A stretch of DNA of 64,000 nucleotides from a bacterium (GTDB lineage: Bacteria; Patescibacteriota; Minisyncoccia; Phycocordibacterales; JAKAEA01), in contig JAJYGQ010000017.1 in assembly GCA_021785065.1 (NCBI GenBank), positions 925 through 64,924 of the forward strand, read 5' to 3'. Made by a program: the position numbers and the translations under genes. Below the pieces are notes generated by a model that was given only the letters and a program-made list of their open reading frames with translations, was not told the DNA's origin and ran no database searches. The stretch's first letter is position 1. Each line of letters starts with the position of its first letter. This document shows, in pieces, positions 39,055 to 47,845 of the stretch.

Positions 39055-40813
39055 ATGTTCGATTTTTATTTTCCGTCGCAAGGCGCTCAATAATTTCTTT
39101 AACAGGCGAGCTACCGACTTGGCCGTGATCACGACTTTCAAGAGTAGCTTCTTGGGCGGCAATTTCTTTGTCACCCACAACAAGCCAATAAGGAATTTTT
39201 TCTACTTTTGCCGCGCGAATTTTTTTACCAAGTGATTCGTCGGAAAGGTCGAGCGTCGCACGAATTCCAGCCGCCTGCAGTTCGTCGTGAATTTTTTGCG
39301 CGAACGCTTGATGAGCTTGGCCGATGGGAAAAATGCGCGCTTGCACCGGCGAAAGCCAGAGTGGAAAGGCGCCGGCGGTGTGCTCAATGAGCGTGGCCAT
39401 AAAGCGCTCAATCGAACCCATAATAGCGCAGTGAATCATCACTACGTCGTCTTTCTTGCCCTCTTCGTTAATGTAGGTGAGGCCAAAATTTTGCGGCATA
39501 TTAAAGTCGAGCTGAATGGTAGCCACCTGTAAGGTGCGACCCAGAGAATCGGTGGCTATGAAGTCGATTTTTGGTCCATACATTGCCGCTTCACCTTTGC
39601 CGTCGATAAAATCAGTGACGCCGCGCTTTTTTATAAGGGCGGTAAGTTGAGCTTCAGCGTCTTGCCAAATTTCAGGAGTGCCAAGATGTTTTTCAAAATG
39701 TTCAGGGTCGTGGCGCGACAAGCGAATGTGTAGATTTTTAAAGTTGAGGGTGTGATAGAAGGTGTCGATAATATCCCAAATCGCAAACACTTCCTGCTCG
39801 ATCTGATTTTTTCGACAAAAAACATGGGCGTCGTCTTGGGTAATCGAGAGTACGCGCGACAAGCCGGACAGCTCACCAGATTGTTCATCGCGATAGACCA
39901 TAGTGGTTTCGCAATAACGCTGGGGCATATCGCGATAGCTGTGCGGGGCGGCGGCAAAAATCTGGGTATGGTGCGGACAGTTCATGGGCTTCAGGGCATA
40001 GAGCTTCTTTTCGCGGGTGGTGATTTTGAAAAGTTCCTCGCTGAATTTTTTCCAGTGACCCGAGGTTTCGTAGAGATCTTTTTTGGTGATGTGAGGAATC
40101 GTCACTTTCGTATAACCGCGGGCGCGGCGCAGTTCCCACACGTAATCATTCAAAAGTTCGCGGATGAGCGTGCCCTTGGGGGTCCACAGTGGCAGGCCTG
40201 GGCCAACGAGTGGGGAAAAAACAAAAAGGCCGAGTTCTTTACCGAGCTTTTTGTGATCTCGCTTTTCGGCTTCGGAACGCTCGGCGAGGTAGGCATCGAG
40301 CATTTTTTTATTTTCAAAAGCGAGGCCGTAGATGCGGGTGAGCATCGGATTTTTTTCATCACCGCGCCAATAGGCGCCAGCGATGCGGTCAAGAGTAAAG
40401 CTGTCAGCGGGAATATCGCGCGCGGGATTTTCACTGTGGCCACCGCGACAGAGGTCGGTAAAATTGCCGGCGGTGTAGAGGGTAATTTCTTCTTTTTTGC
40501 CGACAATCTCGTCAATTAATTCTAGTTTGAAAGGATTAGCCGAGAAATTTTTTTTCGCTTCTGCCTCGCTCACTTTCTTACCCCTAAACTCTTTCCAGGT
40601 TGGCAAAAGCTCGCGCATCTTTTTCTCAATCGCCGGTAAATCTTTATCAGAAATAGGGGCGCTGAATTTAAAATCGTAATAGAAGCCGGTGTCGATAGCA
40701 GGGCCAAGAGTGGGTTCTGCATCAGGATAGAGCTCAAGTACAGCCGCGGCAAGCAGGTGGGCAAGCGAATGGCGTTGGGGCTCGAGACCGCGAGAATTTT
40801 CGGCGTTTTTCAT
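39053..40813 (-). CDS. thrS: Threonine--tRNA ligase; short form lacking the N-terminal TGS and N2 region
   Basis: The class II core has zinc-site and motif regions (HRDxxH-like SLAHLLAAAVLELYP, FRGE-like, GPxIDxGFY) and a C-terminal anticodon-binding domain. 586 aa. Confidence 0.85.
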   Translation of the reverse strand: MKNAENSRGLEPQRHSLAHLLAAAVLELYPDAEPTLGPAIDTGFYYDFKFSAPISDKDLPAIEKKMRELLPTWKEFRGKKVSEAEAKKNFSANPFKLELIDEIVGKKEEITLYTAGNFTDLCRGGHSENPARDIPADSFTLDRIAGAYWRGDEKNPMLTRIYGLAFENKKMLDAYLAERSEAEKRDHKKLGKELGLFVFSPLVGPGLPLWTPKGTLIRELLNDYVWELRRARGYTKVTIPHITKKDLYETSGHWKKFSEELFKITTREKKLYALKPMNCPHHTQIFAAAPHSYRDMPQRYCETTMVYRDEQSGELSGLSRVLSITQDDAHVFCRKNQIEQEVFAIWDIIDTFYHTLNFKNLHIRLSRHDPEHFEKHLGTPEIWQDAEAQLTALIKKRGVTDFIDGKGEAAMYGPKIDFIATDSLGRTLQVATIQLDFNMPQNFGLTYINEEGKKDDVVMIHCAIMGSIERFMATLIEHTAGAFPLWLSPVQARIFPIGQAHQAFAQKIHDELQAAGIRATLDLSDESLGKKIRAAKVEKIPYWLVVGDKEIAAQEATLESRDHGQVGSSPVKEIIERLATENKNRT

Positions 40814-40878
40814 AAGATTAATTTCTAGAATTACTCTCCATCATAGCAGCTTTACTTGCGCTTTGAAAGTGTCGCGGT

Positions 40879-43800
40879 TTACAGTGCTTTGGCTTTTTCT
40901 ATAACAATGCTCGGCGCATCATTGCGTTTAGAGAGGCGCCCTTTAACGGCGATACAGGCATCGGGCATAAATAACTCGGGGTATTGCTTAAGGGTTTTAG
41001 GAAACACCACACCTTCCATAGAGCCGGTGTAGTCAGCGATTTTTATGAAGAGCATTTTTTCATTTTTCTTTGTTGAAAATTGCTTCACCTCTTCCAGCAG
41101 ACCGTAGGCGACGATAGAGGCGCCCTCCGGCATTTCTTTAAGGCGAGCGATGGGCGAGGTGGTGCCGTCTTTTTGTTTTGCTTCAAGTTTTTCGCGGTGT
41201 GCGTCGAGTGGGTGACCCGAAACATAAAGGCCGAGCAATTCTTTTTCCCAAGCGAGTCGCTCGGTGGGGTTGGCGATGGCGGCAGGCTTGAGGCGGAGCG
41301 TTGGCACACTGGACGTGTCACTCATTAATGTGAAGAGCGAATCTTCGCCGTTGCCCGCTGCGGCTGCTTCTTTGCTATAAGCGAGCAGATCATCGATATT
41401 ACCGAGCAGTTGACCGCGTTCGCATTTTTGCGTTTCATCGAGCGGCAACTCATCAAGAGCACCAGCTTTGATAAGCGCCTCGAGCGACTTGCGGTTGAGG
41501 TTGCGATCTTTAACTCGTGTTAAGAAATCAGTAAGCGATTGAAAGGTGCCACCCGCTTTGCGTTCAGCAATGATAGCGTCAGCGATTCCTTCACCAACAT
41601 TTTTAATAGTGTAGAGGCCGAAACGAATGGCGTCAGCGCCAGCAGCGCCTTGGTAATTTTTAATAACCGTAAAGCCGCCAAAACTTTCGTTAATATCCGG
41701 CGGGAGCACGGGAATTTTCATTCGTATGCATTCGGCGATAGTTTCCGCAATGGTTTCAATATTGCCGCTTTCGGCGGTGAGCACGGCACACATATACACC
41801 GCCGGAAAATTCGCTTTCATATACGCGGTTTGATAGGCCACGCGACCGTAGCTCGCGGCGTGAGCCTTATTGAAACCGTAGGCGGCAAACGGCTCAATCA
41901 ATTTCCAGAGAGTCTCGGCTTTTTGCGGACTCATGCCGTGTTCGAGCAAGCCTTTCATGAGCTTGTCTTTTTCGGCTTGCATGACTTCAGGAATTTTTTT
42001 ACCCATCGCCTTGCGAAATTTATCAGCCTCCAACCACGAATAGCCGGCAAGTTTGATGGCGGTGAGCAATACGTCGTCCTGATACACGAGCAAGCCGTAC
42101 GAAAAACCAAGATACTCTTTCATGCGCGGGTCAAGATAGGTAACAAGCGCGGGATTGTGTTTACGCTCGATGTATTGAGGGATTACTTCCATCGGTCCGG
42201 GGCGATAGAGAGCCACCATTGCGTTAATATCGTGAATCGTGCTCGGCCGCAGCTCTTTAAGAAAGCGCGTCATACCGCTGCCATTTAACTGAAAGAGGCC
42301 AATCGTCTCGCCGCGCGCGAGCATTTTGAAAGTTTTTGTATCATCGAGCGGAATGTGTTCAATATCGACGTCGGCGTTTTCTATTTTTTTAGCCAACTTG
42401 ACGGCGTCAGCGAGGATAGCTAGGTTGCGAATGCCGAGAAAGTCGAATTTTAGCAGGCCAGCATCTTCAACCGACCACATATCGTATTGAGTGATGATTT
42501 TTCCGCCGCTGCCGTCGCCAGAACTTTTAGGATCAATTTGCAGTGGCACGAAATCGGTGAGGGTGGTAGGCGCCATCACCACACCGGCAGCGTGCACGGA
42601 AATGTGGCGAGCGCGCCCCTCGATTTTTTTCGCCGTGTCGATAATTTCTCGCACCTCTGTTTCATCGTCATAAATTTTTTGCAATTCTGGCTCAAGTTCC
42701 ATAGCTTTAGCGATGGTCATCGGCATACCTTGGCTGCCCATAGGAATGAGTTTAGCGATGCGATCGCCGGTAGTGTATGGATAGCCCAATGCGCGCGCCA
42801 CATCGCGTACCGAGCCGCGAGCCATCATCGTGCCAAACGTACCAATCTGAGCAACTTTCTCATAACCGTATTTTTGCTTAGCGTATTCCAGCATCTCGTC
42901 GCGACGATTGTCGGCATAATCCATATCGATATCGGGCGCGCTTGGTCGCTCGGGGTTCAAGAAGCGCTCGAAAGGTAAATGATATTCGAGTGGATCAACG
43001 TTGGTGATGCCAGCAAGATAGGTAGCAAGCGAACCAGCCACCGAGCCGCGAATGGTCGTAAGAATTCCTTGTTCGTGGGCGTGACGAAGCAGGTCGGCCA
43101 CGACAAGAAAATAAGGGGCGTAGCCTTTAGTCTTAATAACGGAAAGCTCGTACTCAATGCGCTCGCGTACTTTTTTAAGCTGCTCGGCATCAGTATATTT
43201 TTTATCAAAACCGCGTTTGAAAAAACCCTGCTCGACCGATTGGCGCAACGCTTCGTCGGCGCTCGTGATGCCGGCGGGCAGAGCGAAATCGGGGAATACC
43301 CATTTACCAAGAGTGATTTCTATATCGCACATTTCGGCGATTTTTGCGCTGTTTTCTATGGCTTCCGGCGTACTTTTAAAAAGTTTCTCGGCCGCTTCGC
43401 CGGAAATAAAAGAAAAATTTTCTTCAGCGTCTTCAAAACCGCCGCGCTCTAAAGCGTCCCCATTTTGCTGGATCGATTGCAGGGTTTCGCGTGCCAAGCG
43501 ATCATCTTGCGAGAGGTAGTACACGTCGTGCGCGGCAACCAGCGGCACCTGAGCGCGTTTGGAAAATGCCACCAACTTTTCCATCGCTTCTTCGTGATTG
43601 GGAATTTCCGGATGGTGGGTGAGCTCAAGAAAAAATGTATCAGCACCAAAAACTTTTTGATAATACTTTACTAGTTCAAGCGCTTTCTCTTCATCGGCAG
43701 CCTTGAGGGCAGCCACAATGTCGCCAGAAAATGAGGGAGAAATACACACCAAGCCCTCGGCATATTTTTCTAAAAGTTCACGATCGACGCGTGGTTTGTA

Positions 43801-44148
43801 ATAGAATCCTTCTAAATAAGAGTCGGTGACTAGGCGCAGTAAATTTTTATAGCCAATCGTATTTTTCGCAAGAAGGACGAGTCGCTGGCGGCGATTGTCG
43901 ACGCCGGTTTGTTTGTCGTGGCGAGTGCGCGCTGCCATGTAGCAGTCAACGCCGATGATTGGTTTAATTTCTTGTTTTTTACATTCTTTATAAAATTCAA
44001 TAGCGCCGTAGAGATTACCGTTATCAGTCAGAGCAAGCGCTTGCATGCCCGCGGCTTTAGCGGCGTCCACAAGCTCATCGACTTTAGGTAAAGCCGAGAG
44101 CAAGGAATAGTGCGAATGGACGTGTAGGTGAACGAATCGAGAAGACAT
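40879..44148 (-). CDS. dnaE: DNA polymerase III alpha subunit
   Basis: PHP domain start MSSRFVHLHVHSHYSLL, then polymerase palm and fingers motifs and an OB fold. 1089 aa. Confidence 0.9.
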   Translation of the reverse strand: MSSRFVHLHVHSHYSLLSALPKVDELVDAAKAAGMQALALTDNGNLYGAIEFYKECKKQEIKPIIGVDCYMAARTRHDKQTGVDNRRQRLVLLAKNTIGYKNLLRLVTDSYLEGFYYKPRVDRELLEKYAEGLVCISPSFSGDIVAALKAADEEKALELVKYYQKVFGADTFFLELTHHPEIPNHEEAMEKLVAFSKRAQVPLVAAHDVYYLSQDDRLARETLQSIQQNGDALERGGFEDAEENFSFISGEAAEKLFKSTPEAIENSAKIAEMCDIEITLGKWVFPDFALPAGITSADEALRQSVEQGFFKRGFDKKYTDAEQLKKVRERIEYELSVIKTKGYAPYFLVVADLLRHAHEQGILTTIRGSVAGSLATYLAGITNVDPLEYHLPFERFLNPERPSAPDIDMDYADNRRDEMLEYAKQKYGYEKVAQIGTFGTMMARGSVRDVARALGYPYTTGDRIAKLIPMGSQGMPMTIAKAMELEPELQKIYDDETEVREIIDTAKKIEGRARHISVHAAGVVMAPTTLTDFVPLQIDPKSSGDGSGGKIITQYDMWSVEDAGLLKFDFLGIRNLAILADAVKLAKKIENADVDIEHIPLDDTKTFKMLARGETIGLFQLNGSGMTRFLKELRPSTIHDINAMVALYRPGPMEVIPQYIERKHNPALVTYLDPRMKEYLGFSYGLLVYQDDVLLTAIKLAGYSWLEADKFRKAMGKKIPEVMQAEKDKLMKGLLEHGMSPQKAETLWKLIEPFAAYGFNKAHAASYGRVAYQTAYMKANFPAVYMCAVLTAESGNIETIAETIAECIRMKIPVLPPDINESFGGFTVIKNYQGAAGADAIRFGLYTIKNVGEGIADAIIAERKAGGTFQSLTDFLTRVKDRNLNRKSLEALIKAGALDELPLDETQKCERGQLLGNIDDLLAYSKEAAAAGNGEDSLFTLMSDTSSVPTLRLKPAAIANPTERLAWEKELLGLYVSGHPLDAHREKLEAKQKDGTTSPIARLKEMPEGASIVAYGLLEEVKQFSTKKNEKMLFIKIADYTGSMEGVVFPKTLKQYPELFMPDACIAVKGRLSKRNDAPSIVIEKAKAL

Positions 44149-44171
44149 AGTAGGATTATACTATCAGACGT

Positions 44172-44783
44172 ATGGCTGCGCATTCTTATGTTATTGGGAT
44201 CGATGAAGTTGGTCGCGGTCCGCTGGCTGGGCCGGTGACGCTCTGTGCCTGCGCCGTTTCCGCACAAACACTTGCGCGCGTTTTTTCTCACGACATGCGA
44301 GGAATTAAAGACTCTAAAAAATTAACGCCCGCCGCGCGCGAAATTTTTTTCGCGATGGCAAAACGTTTGCGGCGCGAGAAAAAAATCAACTATGCCGTGT
44401 CGCACGTGAGCGCTTCGGTGATTGACCGCAAGGGGATTGCTCAGGCGATTGCTATAGCGATTGCCCGCTGTTTACAGAAACTTAATATTTCTCCTCACCA
44501 TGTTCATATTTTTCTTGATGGTAGCTTGAGGGCGCCGCAAAAATTTACTCATCAGAAAACTATCATCGGTGGCGACCAGTCGGTGCCAATTATCTCCCTT
44601 GCGTCAGTTATCGCAAAAGTGACTCGCGATAGAAAAATGACGCGCTTAGCGAAACAGTTTCCGCACTATGGTTTGGAGGTACACAAGGGTTATGGCACCT
44701 TGGTCCATCGTCGGGCTATTCAAAAATACGGTCTTTCGGCGCTCCACCGCCGCACTTTTTGTCAAAAATTCCTTGACAAATAG
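44172..44783 (+). CDS. rnhB: Ribonuclease HII
   Basis: YVIGIDEVGRGPLAGPV opening motif and conserved DSK and GSLRA regions. 203 aa. Confidence 0.85.
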   Translation: MAAHSYVIGIDEVGRGPLAGPVTLCACAVSAQTLARVFSHDMRGIKDSKKLTPAAREIFFAMAKRLRREKKINYAVSHVSASVIDRKGIAQAIAIAIARCLQKLNISPHHVHIFLDGSLRAPQKFTHQKTIIGGDQSVPIISLASVIAKVTRDRKMTRLAKQFPHYGLEVHKGYGTLVHRRAIQKYGLSALHRRTFCQKFLDK

Positions 44784-44808
44784 GCTCTAATATGCTATCA
44801 TTACGCCG

Positions 44809-44847
44809 GCTCTAAAGAATGGTTCTTTAGAGAATTTTTGTTTTTTG
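44809..44847 (+). terminator. Intrinsic terminator after rnhB
   Basis: ctctaaagaa-tgg-ttctttagag is a perfect 10-bp stem followed by aatttttgtttttt. Confidence 0.55.
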
Positions 44848-44860
44848 AAAGGAGGCCGTT

Positions 44861-45823
44861 ATGGCCACGCGTATTACCCAAATTCTGTTTCCAACCAATT
44901 GCAGCGTTGGGGACCTGATCGGCCTCCATCTGTTGCGACGGTGTGGGGAGACCACATTTCCTGGCGTTGCTACGGCACGTTTGGAAACATTTAATGGTAA
45001 TCTCGGCGATCAAACCCACCAAAAGTGGATTGACCGTGGGATTTTCGTAATTGGCATAAAGCCATACGAAAGTCCGGCTTTTGTGTCGATTGCAGAAATT
45101 CTCAATCTGCACAAACACCCATTCTATGGTCACCTCATAAAAAGGGTGTGGCCGGAATTTTGCTCGACGTGCGAGAGTTCTGCCGAAATCGGCAAAATCC
45201 TCGCGCATCTACGAAAGCACAATCCGGCGGGGCTTCTGCCTTGGACGGCGGCGATTTTTAACGCCGACCTCGAGAGACAGAAAGCTTTCCTTAAGGCGCA
45301 GAGTCAGTTGTCCGCGCCTCCTTCTAGGAAGGAGGAAGAACAACTGCCTTCCGGTAGCATTCACTTTGAAGTCGTGGTGCCGGCAGATAAGTCGGCGCTA
45401 CCAATCAAGGGTGTTGTTGTCGCTTCTGATAGCGACAACATGATTGCTGCTGCCCGTTCCCGGCGGATCGCTATCCTAATTCAGGTGCGATCCACGGGGC
45501 ATACCCATCTCTTTTGCTTCTCTCCCGCCATCGACATGAAGTTTGTCGTAGCAGAGATGCGGAAGAAGATACTGAGGTTAGCAGGTCAGAGTAAGAAGGC
45601 CGTTGCTAGTATCACTGCCGAACACCTCCAAGAAGAGGGGGTCATTTCTGAAGTCCCCAATGTGAACTTCACGATTCGGCGCGATATCGACGGGCGGGTT
45701 ACTGGTCAGTCGGTGGTGAATACTCATACGGAAAATCCGATTGGGTTACCTCCAGCAGATATTGAGGCTGTAATCCGGCGCTCGATATTTGTGAACGGTA
45801 ACATTGAGGTGACGGCAGCATAG
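44861..45823 (+). CDS. Hypothetical protein with no recognisable domain
   Basis: 320-aa track ORF. A consensus RBS aaaggagg lies 7 nt upstream of the ATG. The gene is bracketed by predicted terminators on both sides. Confidence 0.5.
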   Translation: MATRITQILFPTNCSVGDLIGLHLLRRCGETTFPGVATARLETFNGNLGDQTHQKWIDRGIFVIGIKPYESPAFVSIAEILNLHKHPFYGHLIKRVWPEFCSTCESSAEIGKILAHLRKHNPAGLLPWTAAIFNADLERQKAFLKAQSQLSAPPSRKEEEQLPSGSIHFEVVVPADKSALPIKGVVVASDSDNMIAAARSRRIAILIQVRSTGHTHLFCFSPAIDMKFVVAEMRKKILRLAGQSKKAVASITAEHLQEEGVISEVPNVNFTIRRDIDGRVTGQSVVNTHTENPIGLPPADIEAVIRRSIFVNGNIEVTAA

Positions 45824-45844
45824 CTGTTCCGCCACCCCAACCCA

Positions 45845-45885
45845 GCCCTGCGGCGAGAAATCGTTGCGGGGCTTTTTATTGTGTG
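45845..45885 (+). terminator. Intrinsic terminator after the 44861 gene
   Basis: agccctgcggcg-agaaat-cgttgcggggct is a 12-bp stem with three G-U pairs, followed by ttttt. Confidence 0.45.
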
Positions 45886-45928
45886 AATTCTTGCGTAAAA
45901 AAGGGTTTTCGGGTAGAATGGCTGGTCT

Positions 45929-46156
45929 ATGGTTAATCACATGCGACATACTCGGGCTCACACCGGTAACCGCCGTTCTCATCATGGCTTGAAAAATCAG
46001 GCTTTGGGTTTTTGCTCTAAATGCGGCTCAGCCAAGCCGGCACATGCAATGTGTCCTCACTGCGGCTTTTATCGCGATCGCACGGTGGTAGATGTCCAAG
46101 CCGCTCTCCTCAAGAAAACTGAACGCCAAAAGAAGCGCGCCGCCAAGACTGCGTAA
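45929..46156 (+). CDS. rpmF: 50S ribosomal protein L32
   Basis: RRSHHGLKNQALGFCSKCGSAKPAHAMCPHCGFYRDRTVV matches L32 ([40 protein letters not shown]). The start may be the Met at 45941. Confidence 0.75.
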   Translation: MVNHMRHTRAHTGNRRSHHGLKNQALGFCSKCGSAKPAHAMCPHCGFYRDRTVVDVQAALLKKTERQKKRAAKTA

Positions 46157-46186
46157 TACACAGCCCCTCTATTTTGTCTAAGCAGC

Positions 46187-47128
46187 ATGCGTGCTACACT
46201 GAAAGGAAATTCGGCTATGGCGAATCGGCACCTTTCACGTTCACTCGTTCTCCAGTCCCTGTATGAATGGGACTTTAATCATCATGGCGATGCTGACATC
46301 GCTGCTATTATTAAACGTAATCAACAAGAGTTTGGTGAAAATCAAACTGATGAACAATTTGCGCAAACGCTTGCTCGCGGTGTGCTGGCGAAACGCGGTG
46401 AGCTCGACACGATTATCGCGAAGGCCGCGCCCGATTGGCCTTTGGAAAAAATTTCTGTAATGGATCGTAATATTTTGCGCATCGGCCTCTACGAGCTGCT
46501 GTTTTCTGATCGCGCTGAAGTGCCAGCAAAAGTGGCGATCAATGAGGCTATTGAATTGGCAAAAGCCTACGGCGGCGAAACGTCGGGGCGCTTTGTGAAT
46601 GGTGTTGTCGGCGCGGTGTATAAAGAAATTGGCGAGCCAGGTAAGGAGGAAGTTTCTAAACGACAAAATGGTGCCGGTGCCGCCGGCGGCAAAAAAGAAA
46701 TCCCCACTCAGCACCTGGGCGGCGCGGTAGTGTTTGCGCGCGAAGGTGAAGAGGTGTACTTGGCACTGGTGCACGATGTCTTTGGGCACTGGACCTTGTC
46801 GAAGGGTGGTATCGATGCGGGTGAAAGTGTTGAAGATGGTACGTTGCGAGGCATTCGCGAAGAGCTCGGTCTTAAAGATTTAACTATTAAAGATAAACTC
46901 GACGAAAACACTTATACCGCTTACAATCCCGAGAGCGGCAAAAAGAAAAAACACGTTACTTACTTCTTACTCCAATCGCCGTTTACGGATTTAAAGCTTG
47001 AAGAGAAAGGCGGCCTCGACGATGCTAAGTGGTTTAAGCTTAAAGATATTTTAGATCTTAATTTTTACAACGATATTTTGCCTATTGTCACAAAAGCAAT
47101 AAATTTGATTTTAGCGCAAAAAAGTTGA
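46187..47128 (+). CDS. nusB: Transcription antitermination factor NusB fused to a C-terminal NUDIX hydrolase domain
   Basis: The N-terminal ~150 aa are NusB; VPAKVAINEAIELAK matches E. coli VPYKVAINEAIELAK almost exactly. A Gly-rich linker follows, then a NUDIX fold with the box GGIDAGESVEDGTLRGIREELGL. 313 aa in a single frame. Confidence 0.8.
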   Translation: MRATLKGNSAMANRHLSRSLVLQSLYEWDFNHHGDADIAAIIKRNQQEFGENQTDEQFAQTLARGVLAKRGELDTIIAKAAPDWPLEKISVMDRNILRIGLYELLFSDRAEVPAKVAINEAIELAKAYGGETSGRFVNGVVGAVYKEIGEPGKEEVSKRQNGAGAAGGKKEIPTQHLGGAVVFAREGEEVYLALVHDVFGHWTLSKGGIDAGESVEDGTLRGIREELGLKDLTIKDKLDENTYTAYNPESGKKKKHVTYFLLQSPFTDLKLEEKGGLDDAKWFKLKDILDLNFYNDILPIVTKAINLILAQKS

Positions 47129-47835
47129 ATACTCTGTATATGGTAAAGGATTTTTCCCGATTTGAAGAAAGTGTGGGGGTGGTATTTAAAGATAAGACGC
47201 TGTTGCAGCAAGCGTTTACGCATCGCTCGTACTTGAATGAGAATAAAGCAGTTGGCCTGGCTGATAACGAGCGCTTGGAATTTCTGGGCGATGCCGTGTT
47301 GCAATTAGCAGTGACGAGTCATCTTTTTAAACTCTATCCCGATCGGCCGGAAGGTGAGCTCACGAGCGTTCGGTCGGCATTGGTTAATACCCAGACGCTC
47401 AGCAAGTTGGCGACTGATGCTGGCATGAATGATTTTCTCTTGCTTTCGCGCGGTGAACAAAAAGATACGGGCCGCGCCCGCACTATTATTTTGGCTGATG
47501 CGTTTGAAGCGCTTATTGGCGCGATGTATCTTGACCAAGGATACGCGGCGGCTGAGCAATTTATCGCCGCGAAAATTTTTCCGCTGGCAGCGGATGTGGT
47601 GGCTGAAAAAGCATGGCTCGATGCCAAATCGCGTTTTCAGGAAGCGGCCCAAGAGCACGTTGGTACTACCCCCGCCTATAAAACGATAAAAGAAAGCGGG
47701 CCCGATCACGATCGTATCTTTACCGTCGGCGTCTACCTAGGTAAGGAATTAATCGCGAGTGGCGAGGGCGCGTCGAAACAAGAAGCTGAACAAGAAGCGG
47801 CGCGTAAAGCGCTTGCTGCGCGCGGTTGGGCATAA
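47125..47835 (+). CDS. rnc: Ribonuclease III
   Basis: Signature ERLEFLGDAVLQLAVTSHLF and a C-terminal dsRBD. 236 aa. Confidence 0.9.
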   Translation: MNTLYMVKDFSRFEESVGVVFKDKTLLQQAFTHRSYLNENKAVGLADNERLEFLGDAVLQLAVTSHLFKLYPDRPEGELTSVRSALVNTQTLSKLATDAGMNDFLLLSRGEQKDTGRARTIILADAFEALIGAMYLDQGYAAAEQFIAAKIFPLAADVVAEKAWLDAKSRFQEAAQEHVGTTPAYKTIKESGPDHDRIFTVGVYLGKELIASGEGASKQEAEQEAARKALAARGWA

Positions 47836-47845
47836 TTTTATTTGC

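Noticed and set aside
39752-40519. 255-aa plus ORF inside thrS, on the antisense strand
   Set aside because: It lies entirely within the strongly supported thrS coding region on the opposite strand and translates to Gly/Phe-rich low-complexity.
41539-42288. 249-aa plus ORF antisense within dnaE; similar antisense ORFs lie at 42487-42978 and 42979-43452
   Set aside because: These are shadow ORFs inside a 1089-aa conserved polymerase gene.
44801-45208. 135-aa minus ORF antisense to the 44861 hypothetical gene
   Set aside because: The plus ORF is 320 aa with a perfect RBS and flanking terminators in its own orientation. The minus ORF has none of these.
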